From positions 3,360,001-3,392,000 of the forward strand of contig NC_006138.1 in NCBI RefSeq assembly GCF_000025945.1: DNA of 32,000 bases, in the 5' to 3' direction. Positions 1 through 9,085 of the stretch are shown here, piece after piece. The notes beneath the pieces are model-generated. The model saw nothing but the letters and a program-made list of their open reading frames with translations. It was not told where the DNA came from and searched no databases. Numbering within the stretch: position 1 is the first letter of the stretch; every line of letters begins with the position of its first letter. This DNA is from Desulfotalea psychrophila LSv54 (GTDB taxonomy: Bacteria > Desulfobacterota > Desulfobulbia > Desulfobulbales > Desulfocapsaceae). A program made the position numbers and the translations under genes.

Positions 1-60
1 CACTTCCTCCTTAAAAAAATGCAGGATACATCTCATAGAATAAAGTAGCAAACTAAAATC

Positions 61-1326
61 CTAACGAATTTCGCCCACCATCAGGGGAGGATCGAGGAGT
101 TGCGGGGCGAAAAATTCCTCACCCTCCTCATCGAGGAGAGACTGCATACAGTCAGCAAGCCCCCCACCAATCTCTCCATAGCCCGGCAAGAGCTCAAGCT
201 GTTTAAAAATATCACGGGCCTCCTGCCAATGATGATCAAGCCAGTAAATCTGGCCCGCCAAGAGAAAAGCCTGAACGCGTAGTCCATCCTTTTTATGGCG
301 CAAGGCCTTCCCCCCTAACTGCCCGACAGAATTCGGAGCCAAGAGGCAGAGGTATCTCTGCTGAGGGAGAAGGCGCAGACAGGCAAGGGCCAGAGAATTT
401 TGGCCAAGGGCATAGTGTATTCTGGCCCGGACATAGGAGGATTCCATGTTGGGCGGGTCGCCGAGCAGGTCAAGCCTGACCAAGGCCTGACTATACTGAC
501 AGGAACGAATCAACTCCTCAACCTGAAGGAGGGTGGGCGCACCCACCTCCTGCACCCGAACCTCCTCGTTGAAGGCATGCTGAATGCCATAGAGGCGGCT
601 CAGCATCTGAGTATTGCCGGGGCGAGAGACCAGGGCCTGAGCCACCTCAAGATAAGCCGTAGCACGAGGATATGCTCGCCGGTTCACTGCAATCTGGGCA
701 AGAAGCTGCCAGTTACTCACCACAGTGGGAGCAAGACGGACCAGTTGCCTGCCACTCTCTTCTGCCGCTTTCCACCTCTGACGGGCTATCTGACAATGAA
801 TCTGCAGGAGAAGCCAGTGCCCTTTAACAGCCGCACCGCTGGTCAGCCTGGAAATTGCCTCTTCCGCAGAGGAGAACTGGCCCAAACGATAATAGGCAAA
901 GGCAAGATAGTAATAAGCTGGACTAAGCCCCCCTGCCTCGCCCTCAAGAGCAATCACCCTCTGAAAAGAGTTCAGGGCTGGCGCAAAGAGCTCCTGACCC
1001 ATCTGGGCCATGCCCAAATTATAACAAAAGTTTTTCTTAGCAGGATAGAGAGAAACAGCCTGCTGCCAGGTCTGCAGGGCCTTTGCGTCATTGCCGAGAA
1101 GGGCATAGGCAAGGCCTGCATAGGAGAGGGCAAAAGAGAGAGGCCTCTTCCTCGCCAGAAGGGGACGAAGCGTCTCCAGAGCCTCTGCCGGGGCCTCTTT
1201 CTGCAAACAGGCCTGGCTCTTTTCTAAAAGAGCATAGTCCCTTTGTGAGACATGCTCCTGGCCATAGAGGAGAGGAGCTGAAAGAAAAAAAACAAGAAAC
1301 ACAGTGAGAATGCGCATGGAGACCAT
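61..1326 (-). CDS. TPR-repeat lipoprotein/periplasmic protein, last gene of the TonB-energizer cluster (start codon uncertain: 1326 or 1317)
   Basis: ORF with N-terminal signal-like segment (MRILTVFLVFFLSAPLLYG) and TPR-like helices (ALSYAGLAYALLGNDAKALQTWQQA, CYNLGMAQMGQELFAPALNSFQRVI). It directly follows tonB, as in Vibrio-type TonB2/TtpC clusters. Confidence 0.8.
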   Translation of the reverse strand: MVSMRILTVFLVFFLSAPLLYGQEHVSQRDYALLEKSQACLQKEAPAEALETLRPLLARKRPLSFALSYAGLAYALLGNDAKALQTWQQAVSLYPAKKNFCYNLGMAQMGQELFAPALNSFQRVIALEGEAGGLSPAYYYLAFAYYRLGQFSSAEEAISRLTSGAAVKGHWLLLQIHCQIARQRWKAAEESGRQLVRLAPTVVSNWQLLAQIAVNRRAYPRATAYLEVAQALVSRPGNTQMLSRLYGIQHAFNEEVRVQEVGAPTLLQVEELIRSCQYSQALVRLDLLGDPPNMESSYVRARIHYALGQNSLALACLRLLPQQRYLCLLAPNSVGQLGGKALRHKKDGLRVQAFLLAGQIYWLDHHWQEARDIFKQLELLPGYGEIGGGLADCMQSLLDEEGEEFFAPQLLDPPLMVGEIR

Positions 1327-1327
1327 C

Positions 1328-1987
1328 CTAGTCAAGGGTGAAGGAGAGGGGAATATCAACATAGACGGCCACCTTTTTTCCCTGATACCTGGCCGGAGCA
1401 AATTTCCACCTCTGCACCGTTTTCAGAGATACCCTTTCAAAGTAGCCCGGAGGATCAGCACTGATTATCTGCGCATCCCGGACAAGACCCGTAGCAGTCA
1501 CCAGACAACGAACAAGCACCTTGCCTTCCACCCCCTGGCCCTTGGCCTTTGCGGGATAGAGAGGTGGATAGTAGCGCAATAACTTAGGTGCCTGATCAAC
1601 ATTTGCCAGATCAAATATGCCGCCTGCGCCCATACCACTGAGCCCCGCTTTTCCCTGAGAAATATCCAGCACCGGCAGGCTGGCCGCCTGCATGGCTGGC
1701 AAGTTCATCTGCAGCGGGGCAAGGGCGATATCTATCTGCTCCATCTTCGCAGGAGGCCGGGGCAGAGGCTTTTTCAGCGTAGGCAGAGGCTTCACCTTCT
1801 CTCTTTTAATAATTTTCCTCTTTTCTGGCGGAGTATAGATGGAGGCCATAAGCTCTATGGGAGAGATGGGCTCCTGAGGGGGTGCCTGGGCACCACTCAT
1901 CATAAGAGGGGCAACAGAACAGAGAACTACTGTCACCAGAAGGGCACCCAAAAGAGCCAGACCATAACGTAAACAAACCTGCATCAT
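1328..1987 (-). CDS. tonB: TonB family energy transducer
   Basis: One N-terminal TM, a Pro/Lys-rich linker (KVKPLPTLKKPLPRPP) and a C-terminal TonB domain (YPPLYPAKAKGQGVEGKVLVRCLVTATGLVRDAQI..FERVSLKTVQRWKFAPARYQGK). GGGAGG precedes the ATG. Confidence 0.9.
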   Translation of the reverse strand: MMQVCLRYGLALLGALLVTVVLCSVAPLMMSGAQAPPQEPISPIELMASIYTPPEKRKIIKREKVKPLPTLKKPLPRPPAKMEQIDIALAPLQMNLPAMQAASLPVLDISQGKAGLSGMGAGGIFDLANVDQAPKLLRYYPPLYPAKAKGQGVEGKVLVRCLVTATGLVRDAQIISADPPGYFERVSLKTVQRWKFAPARYQGKKVAVYVDIPLSFTLD

Positions 1988-1997
1988 AGACCTCCCC

Positions 1998-2402
1998 CTA
2001 ATTACCTGCCTTAGCAGCAACACTGAGATTTTTTACCCCGGCAAGCCGGCAGGAGTCCAGCACCTGCACAGTTATCCCCGTAGGACAGGATTTATCGGCC
2101 ACAATCACCACCGCCCCGGCCGGCACCTCTGCCAAAAAGGTATCCATGCGGGCCTTGACGTTTTGAATATCTATCTCCTGCCCTTCAATAAAGACCTTAC
2201 CCGCACCCGTCACCCCCACGAGCATAGAGACCTTTTCCTTACTCTGAGCTGAGGCCGCCTGAGGGCGCTCTACCTCAACTCCGGATTCCCGGACAAAGCT
2301 GGTGGCCACAATAAAAAATATAAGTAAAATAAAGACCATATCAATGAGCGGGGTCATATCAATGGTCGCCGTATCATCTGTATGTGAGCCAAATCGTCGC
2401 AT
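1998..2402 (-). CDS. exbD: Biopolymer transport protein ExbD/TolR
   Basis: 134 aa with the typical ExbD start (IDMTPLIDMVFILLIFFIVATSFV). Confidence 0.95.
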   Translation of the reverse strand: MRRFGSHTDDTATIDMTPLIDMVFILLIFFIVATSFVRESGVEVERPQAASAQSKEKVSMLVGVTGAGKVFIEGQEIDIQNVKARMDTFLAEVPAGAVVIVADKSCPTGITVQVLDSCRLAGVKNLSVAAKAGN

Positions 2403-2411
2403 ATTTCCTCC

Positions 2412-2936
2412 TCAGGAATGGGAGCTGACAAGATCAGCCGTAATCTGTTCTATCTTTGCCAGTCTGCGCGAGGCACCACGATGCAAAAAATAGAGGGCAA
2501 AAACCCCCGGCACAGCGACCAGGAGACCAAATTGGGTGGTGACCATAGCCTCGGAAATACCGCCGGCCAAGGCCCTGGGATTGGCAAGGCCAAATGTTGC
2601 AACCGACTGAAAGGTCCTTATCATGCCCGTTACCGTCCCAAAGAGTCCCAAGAAAGGGGCTATGGTGGCAAATATCTTTATGGTGGAGTGGCCACTCTTC
2701 ATCTCCTGCTGACAGGAGACAAGAAGATACTCATAGAGGAGACGATCATGACGCAGACGACCACTTCTCTTTTCATGAAACTCGCAGCGTAGAAGATCTA
2801 CCTGGCGATCCAGCCCCAAACGCCAACAGGGCAGATGAAAAAAGATACCGGCCCACATAAAAAAGGAGCAGGCCAGGAGCGGATACATGGTCACGCCACC
2901 CGTCTGCAGGTAATGAAGAAGCTGATTATCCACCAC
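2412..2936 (-). CDS. exbB: MotA/TolQ/ExbB proton channel
   Basis: 174 aa with ExbB motif (IFATIAPFLGLFGTVTGMIRTFQSVATFGLANPRALAGGISEAMVTTQFGLLVAVP). Confidence 0.95.
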   Translation of the reverse strand: MVDNQLLHYLQTGGVTMYPLLACSFFMWAGIFFHLPCWRLGLDRQVDLLRCEFHEKRSGRLRHDRLLYEYLLVSCQQEMKSGHSTIKIFATIAPFLGLFGTVTGMIRTFQSVATFGLANPRALAGGISEAMVTTQFGLLVAVPGVFALYFLHRGASRRLAKIEQITADLVSSHS

Positions 2937-2944
2937 TGCGCCAC

Positions 2945-4336
2945 CTAATCCCTGCCCAAAAGGGCCATCATACCTGTTCCGGACTCTTCAATATCAGCCA
3001 CCAGAAAGGCAATACGACGTTTTAAAAAGTGATGGGCCAAAAGCAGAGGAATAGCAATGCCAAGACCCGCCTGAGTGGTGACCAAAGCCTCACTGATCCC
3101 CGTGGACATCATACGTGGATCTCCCGTACCAAAGATGGTAATGGCCTGAAAGGTATTAATCATTCCCGTTACCGTACCAAGCAGACCCAGGAGAGGGGCA
3201 ATGGAGGCAAGCACCCCCACCAGAGAGAGGAATCTCTCCAGTCCTCCGATCTCTCGCAAATATCCCTCCTGCATGACATTATCCAAAGTATCAAGGCCTC
3301 GATCGTGAAAGAGAAGGCTGCCGGCCAGGACCCGAGCAGCAGGACAGCGGGAGATCTTGAGCAGAATATTTTCTGCCCCGGCAATCTGCCCATCCCTGAT
3401 CCGAGCAAAAAGCTCTGCCTTGCTCTTCTTATCCAAAGGCCTCTGGGCAAAGAGCTGGCCCGCCTTCAGCACTGTCAGGAGAAAGCCGACAAGGCCCGAA
3501 ATGAGGATAGGATAGAGGAGAACACCTCCAGCCTCCAGCCACTGGCGCCAGCCCTGCTCCTGCTCTTGAGCTCTCAAGGCAGCACCAGCCGTAATATCAA
3601 GGGGTAGGACAGCAGAACCACCCGTAAGCCAAGCCTTCAGCTCCCTGTTCAGGAGACGAGAGTTGCCAGGGATTGACAGGGGCGGATGAGTACCATTGGC
3701 CAGGGCAAAGGCGGCATCACCTTCACTCAGATAGCCAAGAAAAAAACCACCTGCCCGCAGGAGAGAGACATCCCGGCCACGGCCATCGAGGCCCATTACC
3801 TGTGTCTGTTTCGTCTCAAAGCCTCCGGTTGCCCGCATATCGGCAAAGAGAATATCCGTATACCTGCCCATATCGGCAAGCCCCAAAAAAGAGTCCTGAG
3901 CCAGAAGATCCTGCAGAGCCTGCAGACGATCCGGATGCTGAGCACTGACAGGACTTGAATGCAGACGCTGGACAGTGTGACGCAGAGCCGTACGCAGAGC
4001 ACCTTCCACCGTTTTCATATCGGCCATATCATGTTCATACTGCTCTGCCAGCTCCGCCCTGCCCCGGGAGACCTGATTGAGCAGGCGACTGGTACCGGCA
4101 AGCTTTTTCTCCGTGGCCCGGGTCTCTTTTTGCAATTGGGCAAGCCGCAGTTGCAGATCCTTACTATCAGCAGCGGCATAACGAGCTGATTGGGCCGAAC
4201 GATCATTCATATCCCGTGAGAGCTGAAGAACCCGCCGAGCCGTCTGCTCCCAGGGTACATCCCCTGCCAAGAGCGGGGGCACAGATAGAGTCCAACAGCT
4301 TGCAACAACAATAAAGAGGCTGATTATGCGTAACAT
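2945..4336 (-). CDS. Long ExbB/TolQ-family protein with N-terminal coiled-coil periplasmic domain (TtpC-like)
   Basis: 463 aa: signal peptide, coiled-coil region, then a C-terminal TolQ/ExbB domain (VLASIAPLLGLLGTVTGMINTFQAITIFGTGDPRMMSTGISEALVTTQAGLGIAIP). Confidence 0.85.
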   Translation of the reverse strand: MLRIISLFIVVASCWTLSVPPLLAGDVPWEQTARRVLQLSRDMNDRSAQSARYAAADSKDLQLRLAQLQKETRATEKKLAGTSRLLNQVSRGRAELAEQYEHDMADMKTVEGALRTALRHTVQRLHSSPVSAQHPDRLQALQDLLAQDSFLGLADMGRYTDILFADMRATGGFETKQTQVMGLDGRGRDVSLLRAGGFFLGYLSEGDAAFALANGTHPPLSIPGNSRLLNRELKAWLTGGSAVLPLDITAGAALRAQEQEQGWRQWLEAGGVLLYPILISGLVGFLLTVLKAGQLFAQRPLDKKSKAELFARIRDGQIAGAENILLKISRCPAARVLAGSLLFHDRGLDTLDNVMQEGYLREIGGLERFLSLVGVLASIAPLLGLLGTVTGMINTFQAITIFGTGDPRMMSTGISEALVTTQAGLGIAIPLLLAHHFLKRRIAFLVADIEESGTGMMALLGRD

Positions 4337-5115
4337 TATTTCTCCTCCGCCAGTAGATCATCTTTAAGGGGCAAAACAGCAAGGGGCAGAGAGAGCACCG
4401 TGGTCACCCTTTTTTTACGGGCAACCTCAACGGCCTTTGCTATTTCAGAGGCTGATCCCTCCGGCAAATCCTGCCATTGGCCGGCCTTATCATCAAATCG
4501 CTGGGCCCGAGTACCACGATCGAGAAGACGAAAAAGGGCCAGACGACCAAGACGAAAAATGGTTGCCTGCACCTGTTCACCACCATCAGCCACAATAGTC
4601 TCCACCACATCGGTGCTATAGCCATAGTCAAGCTCCACCTGCATAGCCTGAAGCAACTTACCCAGCTTATCACTCAGGGATGCGCCCTGATCATCAAGAG
4701 CCTCACGAATAAAGGCAAGGCGGCGACGACGTTCGTCCCCGTGAAAGGGCAGATCGGTCTCTACCTCCTCCTCTAAATCAGCATAGAGGACCTCTAAAAA
4801 TGGGGCCAACTTATCCCGGGTCTCCTGAGCTGAGGCTATATTGGCCGCCAGGATAGCACTATTTTTCTTTTCGGCCAGCAGCCACCTCTCTCTTTTCTGC
4901 AATTGAAAACGGGCCCACTCAAGCTTAAGCTCAGCATCTTGAATTTCCTCCAAAATCCCCTGTCGCTGCCGCTGCCAGGCATCGGTCTTCTTACCCGTAG
5001 CCGAGGCCCTCTGCACGGACCTCTCAAGCTCTGCCTGCACAGCATCGGGGCTGGGGGCGGCCATAAGATTTAAGGGCCAGAACATTAGCACTAGTAACAA
5101 TAATCGGATGATCAT
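4336..5115 (-). CDS. DUF3450-like periplasmic coiled-coil protein
   Basis: 259 aa: signal peptide, coiled coil, FRLGRLALFRL-like segment, and position directly upstream of the TtpC-like gene, as in Vibrio TonB2 clusters. Confidence 0.75.
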   Translation of the reverse strand: MIIRLLLLVLMFWPLNLMAAPSPDAVQAELERSVQRASATGKKTDAWQRQRQGILEEIQDAELKLEWARFQLQKRERWLLAEKKNSAILAANIASAQETRDKLAPFLEVLYADLEEEVETDLPFHGDERRRRLAFIREALDDQGASLSDKLGKLLQAMQVELDYGYSTDVVETIVADGGEQVQATIFRLGRLALFRLLDRGTRAQRFDDKAGQWQDLPEGSASEIAKAVEVARKKRVTTVLSLPLAVLPLKDDLLAEEK

Positions 5116-5139
5116 ATTCTCTCTCGGATCAAAAATAAT

Positions 5140-5964
5140 TTAAGCTTCGCAGTCCTCACAGGTTTCCCTGCAAGACCGGTAACGATTCTGGTAAAACTGC
5201 CGAAACAAAAGGGTAAAGAGCAGGATGTAAATAAGAAAAAACGGCCGGACCAGGGGATTAAAGGCATAGTGGAGCAAAACACCTACCGAGCTTTGCCCAT
5301 GGCCAATAAAGAAACCGTCCAGGAAAAAAAATGTGCCCTTATAATAGAGTGGGGAAAACATACGCAGGGTGCCCCGCTTCAAGAGCAGGCCATCCCGGTA
5401 GAGACTTACCTCCGCCCTATTGCCCTCAGTGGAAAAAGATGCCTTAGGAATGGTCACAGTCTTTCTCACCCGTCCGCCTGCATTCTCGGTAATAAAGGTG
5501 CGATCGGTAATATAGTCAACCCCGTCAAGTCTCAGCTGATAATCTCCCATAGCGATGGTCTGCATGGGCAATATTTTCTTGGACAGATGGCGTTCAACAA
5601 GAACAATATCAATGGCGTGACAGGCTATGACAAGGATGACCACCAGATGAATATAGGTCATACCGCGCCTCTGTCGGGCCCCGGCCCCACCCTTTTTTTT
5701 CAAATAAGGCAACTGCCTATAGGTACAGCAGAGGGTATTGACAAAGAGGCCGGCCCCGAAAAAGAACAGCAAGAAAATCCAAAAAATCACCAGAGGATGA
5801 CTGCTCAGATGAGCGGGCAGGTCAGCAAAGGAGAGGACATTCATACGCCGAAAGACCCTATCTATACTGGTAATTCCTGTGAGCAGAGAGCCTGCGAAAA
5901 AAACCAGGACAAGACCTGCAAGAAAACAGTATGCCGCCCGCAGGGAGAAAAAGAACTCTTTCAT
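5140..5964 (-). CDS. ResB-like cytochrome c biogenesis-type membrane protein (short form, about 274 aa)
   Basis: Starting at MKEFFFSLRAAYCFLAGLVLVFFAGSLLTG there are several TM segments, GDYQLRLDGVDYITDRTFITE-like ResB segments, and a C-terminal TM. The ORF track starts further upstream, inside the neighbouring gene. Confidence 0.6.
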   Translation of the reverse strand: MKEFFFSLRAAYCFLAGLVLVFFAGSLLTGITSIDRVFRRMNVLSFADLPAHLSSHPLVIFWIFLLFFFGAGLFVNTLCCTYRQLPYLKKKGGAGARQRRGMTYIHLVVILVIACHAIDIVLVERHLSKKILPMQTIAMGDYQLRLDGVDYITDRTFITENAGGRVRKTVTIPKASFSTEGNRAEVSLYRDGLLLKRGTLRMFSPLYYKGTFFFLDGFFIGHGQSSVGVLLHYAFNPLVRPFFLIYILLFTLLFRQFYQNRYRSCRETCEDCEA

Positions 5965-6695
5965 AGAGACACCACCTTGGACAAAACCATGAAAAGAAGC
6001 ACCAGAATAAGTGGCAGAACAAAGGCCACGGCATGGGCACGATGACTTGAAAAAAACCTGCGGGGAATATGGAGGGCAAGCATATAGAGGACAAAGAGCA
6101 TGGAAGAGGAGTAAAAATTTCCCGTCCAACGCCAGGTTGTCCCCCAACCGACAAAGCTCCAATAACTGCCAAATATTTCCCCCACCAAAAAGACAATGGT
6201 GGCGAGCAGGGCCGCATCTCGGCTGATATGGGCAATCCTTCTATCCCCCCCTCGCAGCAAGGAGTCAAGGCCTCCGGCTACGGCATAGCAGGTCAGCCCC
6301 AGACAGAGGGGACGAGAAAGAAAGAAGGCCATGGCAAAGAGATAGGTCATCATAAAAGAGTCATGCGGGACAGGCTCGGCAAGAAGGGTCAAGAGGGCAA
6401 GAAGAGCAACAAAGAGCCCACTCCATAGGGGCCGACAGGAAGAGGTGCAACGATCTCTGCCGCAGGTAAAGAGTTGACAGATACTGAGGAACAGGGCCGC
6501 TATAGCGCAGGTTGGCACAATCCCCGAGAGGGAATAGATCCCCATGGTAAAAAAATAATCCGCCAATTGCACCAGGGAGGAGAGGACCAGAGCAGCCCAG
6601 AAGATCACACCGTAACGGTAATGAAAAAAAGAGGCCAGCATTGCCAACAGGGCAATTGCCGCCGTGACCAGGGCCATACTATGATAAAAGGCCAT
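5961..6695 (-). CDS. CcsA/CcmC-like polytopic membrane protein with degenerate WWD-like motif
   Basis: 244 aa with about 8 TM segments. WGTTWRWTGNFYSSSMLFVLYMLALHIPRR resembles the heme-handling WWD domain, and the gene overlaps the ResB-like gene by 4 nt. Confidence 0.6.
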   Translation of the reverse strand: MAFYHSMALVTAAIALLAMLASFFHYRYGVIFWAALVLSSLVQLADYFFTMGIYSLSGIVPTCAIAALFLSICQLFTCGRDRCTSSCRPLWSGLFVALLALLTLLAEPVPHDSFMMTYLFAMAFFLSRPLCLGLTCYAVAGGLDSLLRGGDRRIAHISRDAALLATIVFLVGEIFGSYWSFVGWGTTWRWTGNFYSSSMLFVLYMLALHIPRRFFSSHRAHAVAFVLPLILVLLFMVLSKVVSL

Positions 6696-6698
6696 AAA

Positions 6699-8036
6699 CT
6701 ACCCCTCGGTTTCTAAAAATTTCTGCAACTGCGCCAAGGCCCCATCATCGGAGGCATTAACAATGATCGGCTCAACCAACATCCATCTGCTCTTTACCTG
6801 CTCGACAATGGTCGGTCGCACCGCCCAAATATGCCTTACCCCGGTCAAGGCAAGTAGAGGAGGAATACTGGGTGCATAGCCGCCACCATGTAATTCCAAG
6901 GGGCCGACCTCATCGATGAGGATACACTCCTGTTGATCTTCTTCACTAAAATCCAAGGCCCGGCGGGCCAATGCCTGCCCCTCGTCATAAAAGACAAATG
7001 AGCCCAAATCAGGACCAGCGCTCCTCTCTCTTTGGGCAAAGAGGGTGGACTCACCGCTCTGAATATCAACGATTTCGCTGCTATAACGCTTACCATCCTT
7101 CCAGCTACCGGGACAAAGAACACCAGCCATCCTTCGCGATCTATTCTGGGCCACGAGTCTTTGCAGAATCGTGGTTTTGCCATCACCACTGGTTCCCACC
7201 AACAAAAGAACCCTACCGGCAAAGGCAGGCTGAGAAAAACAGGGTTGAACCGTGGACAGCCCCTGAGAAGAGGAGTGCGAGGAGGCAATGCCGTAGAGGC
7301 GACTGATGGCCTTACCGGTCACCACCTCTGCTGTTTTCCCCTGACACATGACCTTGCCATCCTCAAGCATGATCACCTCATCGGCAAAGAGCAGGGCATG
7401 ATTTGGATCATGCAGACAGGCAACAACACAGGTCCCATGTTTCTGACAGAGATTCTTCAGGGTCAAGAGCATATGATAACGGTTCTTGTAATCCAGATGA
7501 TTGGTCGGTTCATCAAGAAAAATTATCTCCCGGGTCTGGACCAGGGCCCGGGCCAGAAGAACCAACTGCTTTTCTCCCCCCGAGAGGGTGGTATAGACCC
7601 TCTCAGCGAGATACAAACAACCCAACTCCTCAAGGGTCTGGCTGGCATAATCATAATCAAACTGCTTAGGCCGACCAAAGACACCCAGAAAAACCGTACG
7701 CCCCATAACCACCACATCAAGAACAGAAAAGGGAAACATCTCATCATGCTCCTGGGGGACAAAACTAATATGCCGGGCAATCTCAGCGCGTTTCATCTTC
7801 ACCAGATCAACGCCTTTCAGGCTAAGATGATCTGATTCAGAGCTATCAAGACCACAGAGACAGCGGAGCAGGGTACTCTTGCCTGCACCATTTTTTCCCA
7901 AAAGGGCAACAAAACACCCACCCTCAAACTGGAGGGAAACCCCGGAAAGAATGGCCTTATCGCCATAGGAGAAGGAGAGATTTTGACAGTCAAGAAGGAC
8001 CTGCCTCTCCACCTTTAAAGAGTTCTGCCTGCTCAT
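6699..8036 (-). CDS. ABC transporter ATP-binding protein fused to C-terminal THEP1-like nucleoside-triphosphatase domain
   Basis: N-terminal FecE/BtuD-type ATPase: Walker A GKNGAGKST, signature LSGGEKQLVLLARAL, Walker B IIFLDEPT. C-terminal second P-loop (VGTSGDGKTTIL) and THEP1-like Walker B (ILIDEVGPLEL). The ATG at 8036 overlaps the upstream stop (ATGA). Confidence 0.88.
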   Translation of the reverse strand: MSRQNSLKVERQVLLDCQNLSFSYGDKAILSGVSLQFEGGCFVALLGKNGAGKSTLLRCLCGLDSSESDHLSLKGVDLVKMKRAEIARHISFVPQEHDEMFPFSVLDVVVMGRTVFLGVFGRPKQFDYDYASQTLEELGCLYLAERVYTTLSGGEKQLVLLARALVQTREIIFLDEPTNHLDYKNRYHMLLTLKNLCQKHGTCVVACLHDPNHALLFADEVIMLEDGKVMCQGKTAEVVTGKAISRLYGIASSHSSSQGLSTVQPCFSQPAFAGRVLLLVGTSGDGKTTILQRLVAQNRSRRMAGVLCPGSWKDGKRYSSEIVDIQSGESTLFAQRERSAGPDLGSFVFYDEGQALARRALDFSEEDQQECILIDEVGPLELHGGGYAPSIPPLLALTGVRHIWAVRPTIVEQVKSRWMLVEPIIVNASDDGALAQLQKFLETEG

Positions 8037-9085
8037 ACCCACCCCCTATTTTGATTTTTATAAAGCAGCCAGGCAAAGATGGGCCCACCGATCAGGGAGG
8101 TAATCACCCCCAGAGGCAATTCACAGCTCATGGCAGAGCGGGCAATATCATCTGCCCCCAAAAGAAAAATAGCACCCAGAAGGGCGGAACAGGGCACCAC
8201 CAAACGATGATTAGGCCCTAAACAGGTACGGACAATATGGGGGACGACAAGCCCCACCCAGGCAATCTGCCCACAGGAGGAGACACAGACCGCAATCATC
8301 AGTGAACTCACGGCTATAAGGAAAAGGCGAAGACCACGAGGATTGACCCCAAGGGCCTTGGCCTGACCATCTCCTAAAGAGAGAACATTCAATCTATAGC
8401 GAAATATATGGAAAATAAGATAACCGCAGGCAATGATAGGTACTATCTGCAGGGTATCCTGCCAGGAGGCTCCAGAGAGAGAACCCATGGTCCAAAAGAC
8501 AATGGCCGGCAGTTCGCCATAGGGGTCGGCCACGATTTTGACAATCATCAAACAGGCGTGAAAGAGGGAGCCAATAATGATACCGCTGAGAACCAGAACC
8601 AGTATCTTTGAGGTGGGCACGGCCCTGGCAAGACCAAGGGCAAGGCTCACGGCCAACAGGCCCATGATAAAGGAGAGGAGACGGACCACGGCAAAGCTGG
8701 AACCCGGGAGCAGCAAGCCAATAGCAGCCCCTAGAGTGCAACCAGCGGCCACCCCAAGGATATCGGGAGAGACCAGTGGATTACGAAAAAGCCCCTGGTA
8801 GACAGCACCAGAAACCGAAAGGCCACAGCCGACCGCGAGGGCCAAAACCATGCGGGGAAAACGGATAAGAAACAGGACCCTTTCAGATTCCGTAAGGGAA
8901 CCATAATCTCCCTGCAAGACCGTCCACAGCAGGGAAGGAAATTTTGCCACCGCCCAAAACACCTCCGAGACAGCCAGAGGCATTCGGCCAATACAGGCCG
9001 AGAGGAGGATCAACAGAGCCAGAAGGGAAAAAAGGATGAGATACACCCTTTTTTCATCAATTTTATTCGACATAGGATTCTTCAC
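8033..9085 (-). CDS. FecCD/BtuC-family ABC permease
   Basis: 350 aa. Motifs: RFPRMVLALAVGCGLSVSGAVYQGLFRNPLVSPDILGVAAGC, LSLGDGQAKALGVN, VPHIVRTCLGPNHR. Start is GTG at 9085 or ATG at 9073. Confidence 0.93.
   Translation of the reverse strand: MKNPMSNKIDEKRVYLILFSLLALLILLSACIGRMPLAVSEVFWAVAKFPSLLWTVLQGDYGSLTESERVLFLIRFPRMVLALAVGCGLSVSGAVYQGLFRNPLVSPDILGVAAGCTLGAAIGLLLPGSSFAVVRLLSFIMGLLAVSLALGLARAVPTSKILVLVLSGIIIGSLFHACLMIVKIVADPYGELPAIVFWTMGSLSGASWQDTLQIVPIIACGYLIFHIFRYRLNVLSLGDGQAKALGVNPRGLRLFLIAVSSLMIAVCVSSCGQIAWVGLVVPHIVRTCLGPNHRLVVPCSALLGAIFLLGADDIARSAMSCELPLGVITSLIGGPIFAWLLYKNQNRGWV

Noticed and set aside
400-1227. Plus-strand 275-aa ORF overlapping the TPR gene
   Set aside because: It is an antisense shadow of a well-supported minus-strand CDS, with no RBS, domain or coherent protein character.
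5269-6045. Plus-strand 258-aa ORF
   Set aside because: It is antisense to the ResB-like gene. Its composition looks like mirrored TM coding and it has no recognisable motif.
5140-6162. 340-aa version of the ResB-like ORF
   Set aside because: The extra N-terminal 66 aa lie inside the upstream CcsA-like gene and look non-native. The start at MKEFFF (5964) gives a usual 4-nt overlap.
7032-7835. Plus-strand 267-aa ORF
   Set aside because: It is antisense to the ABC-THEP1 fusion gene, whose motifs are unambiguous.
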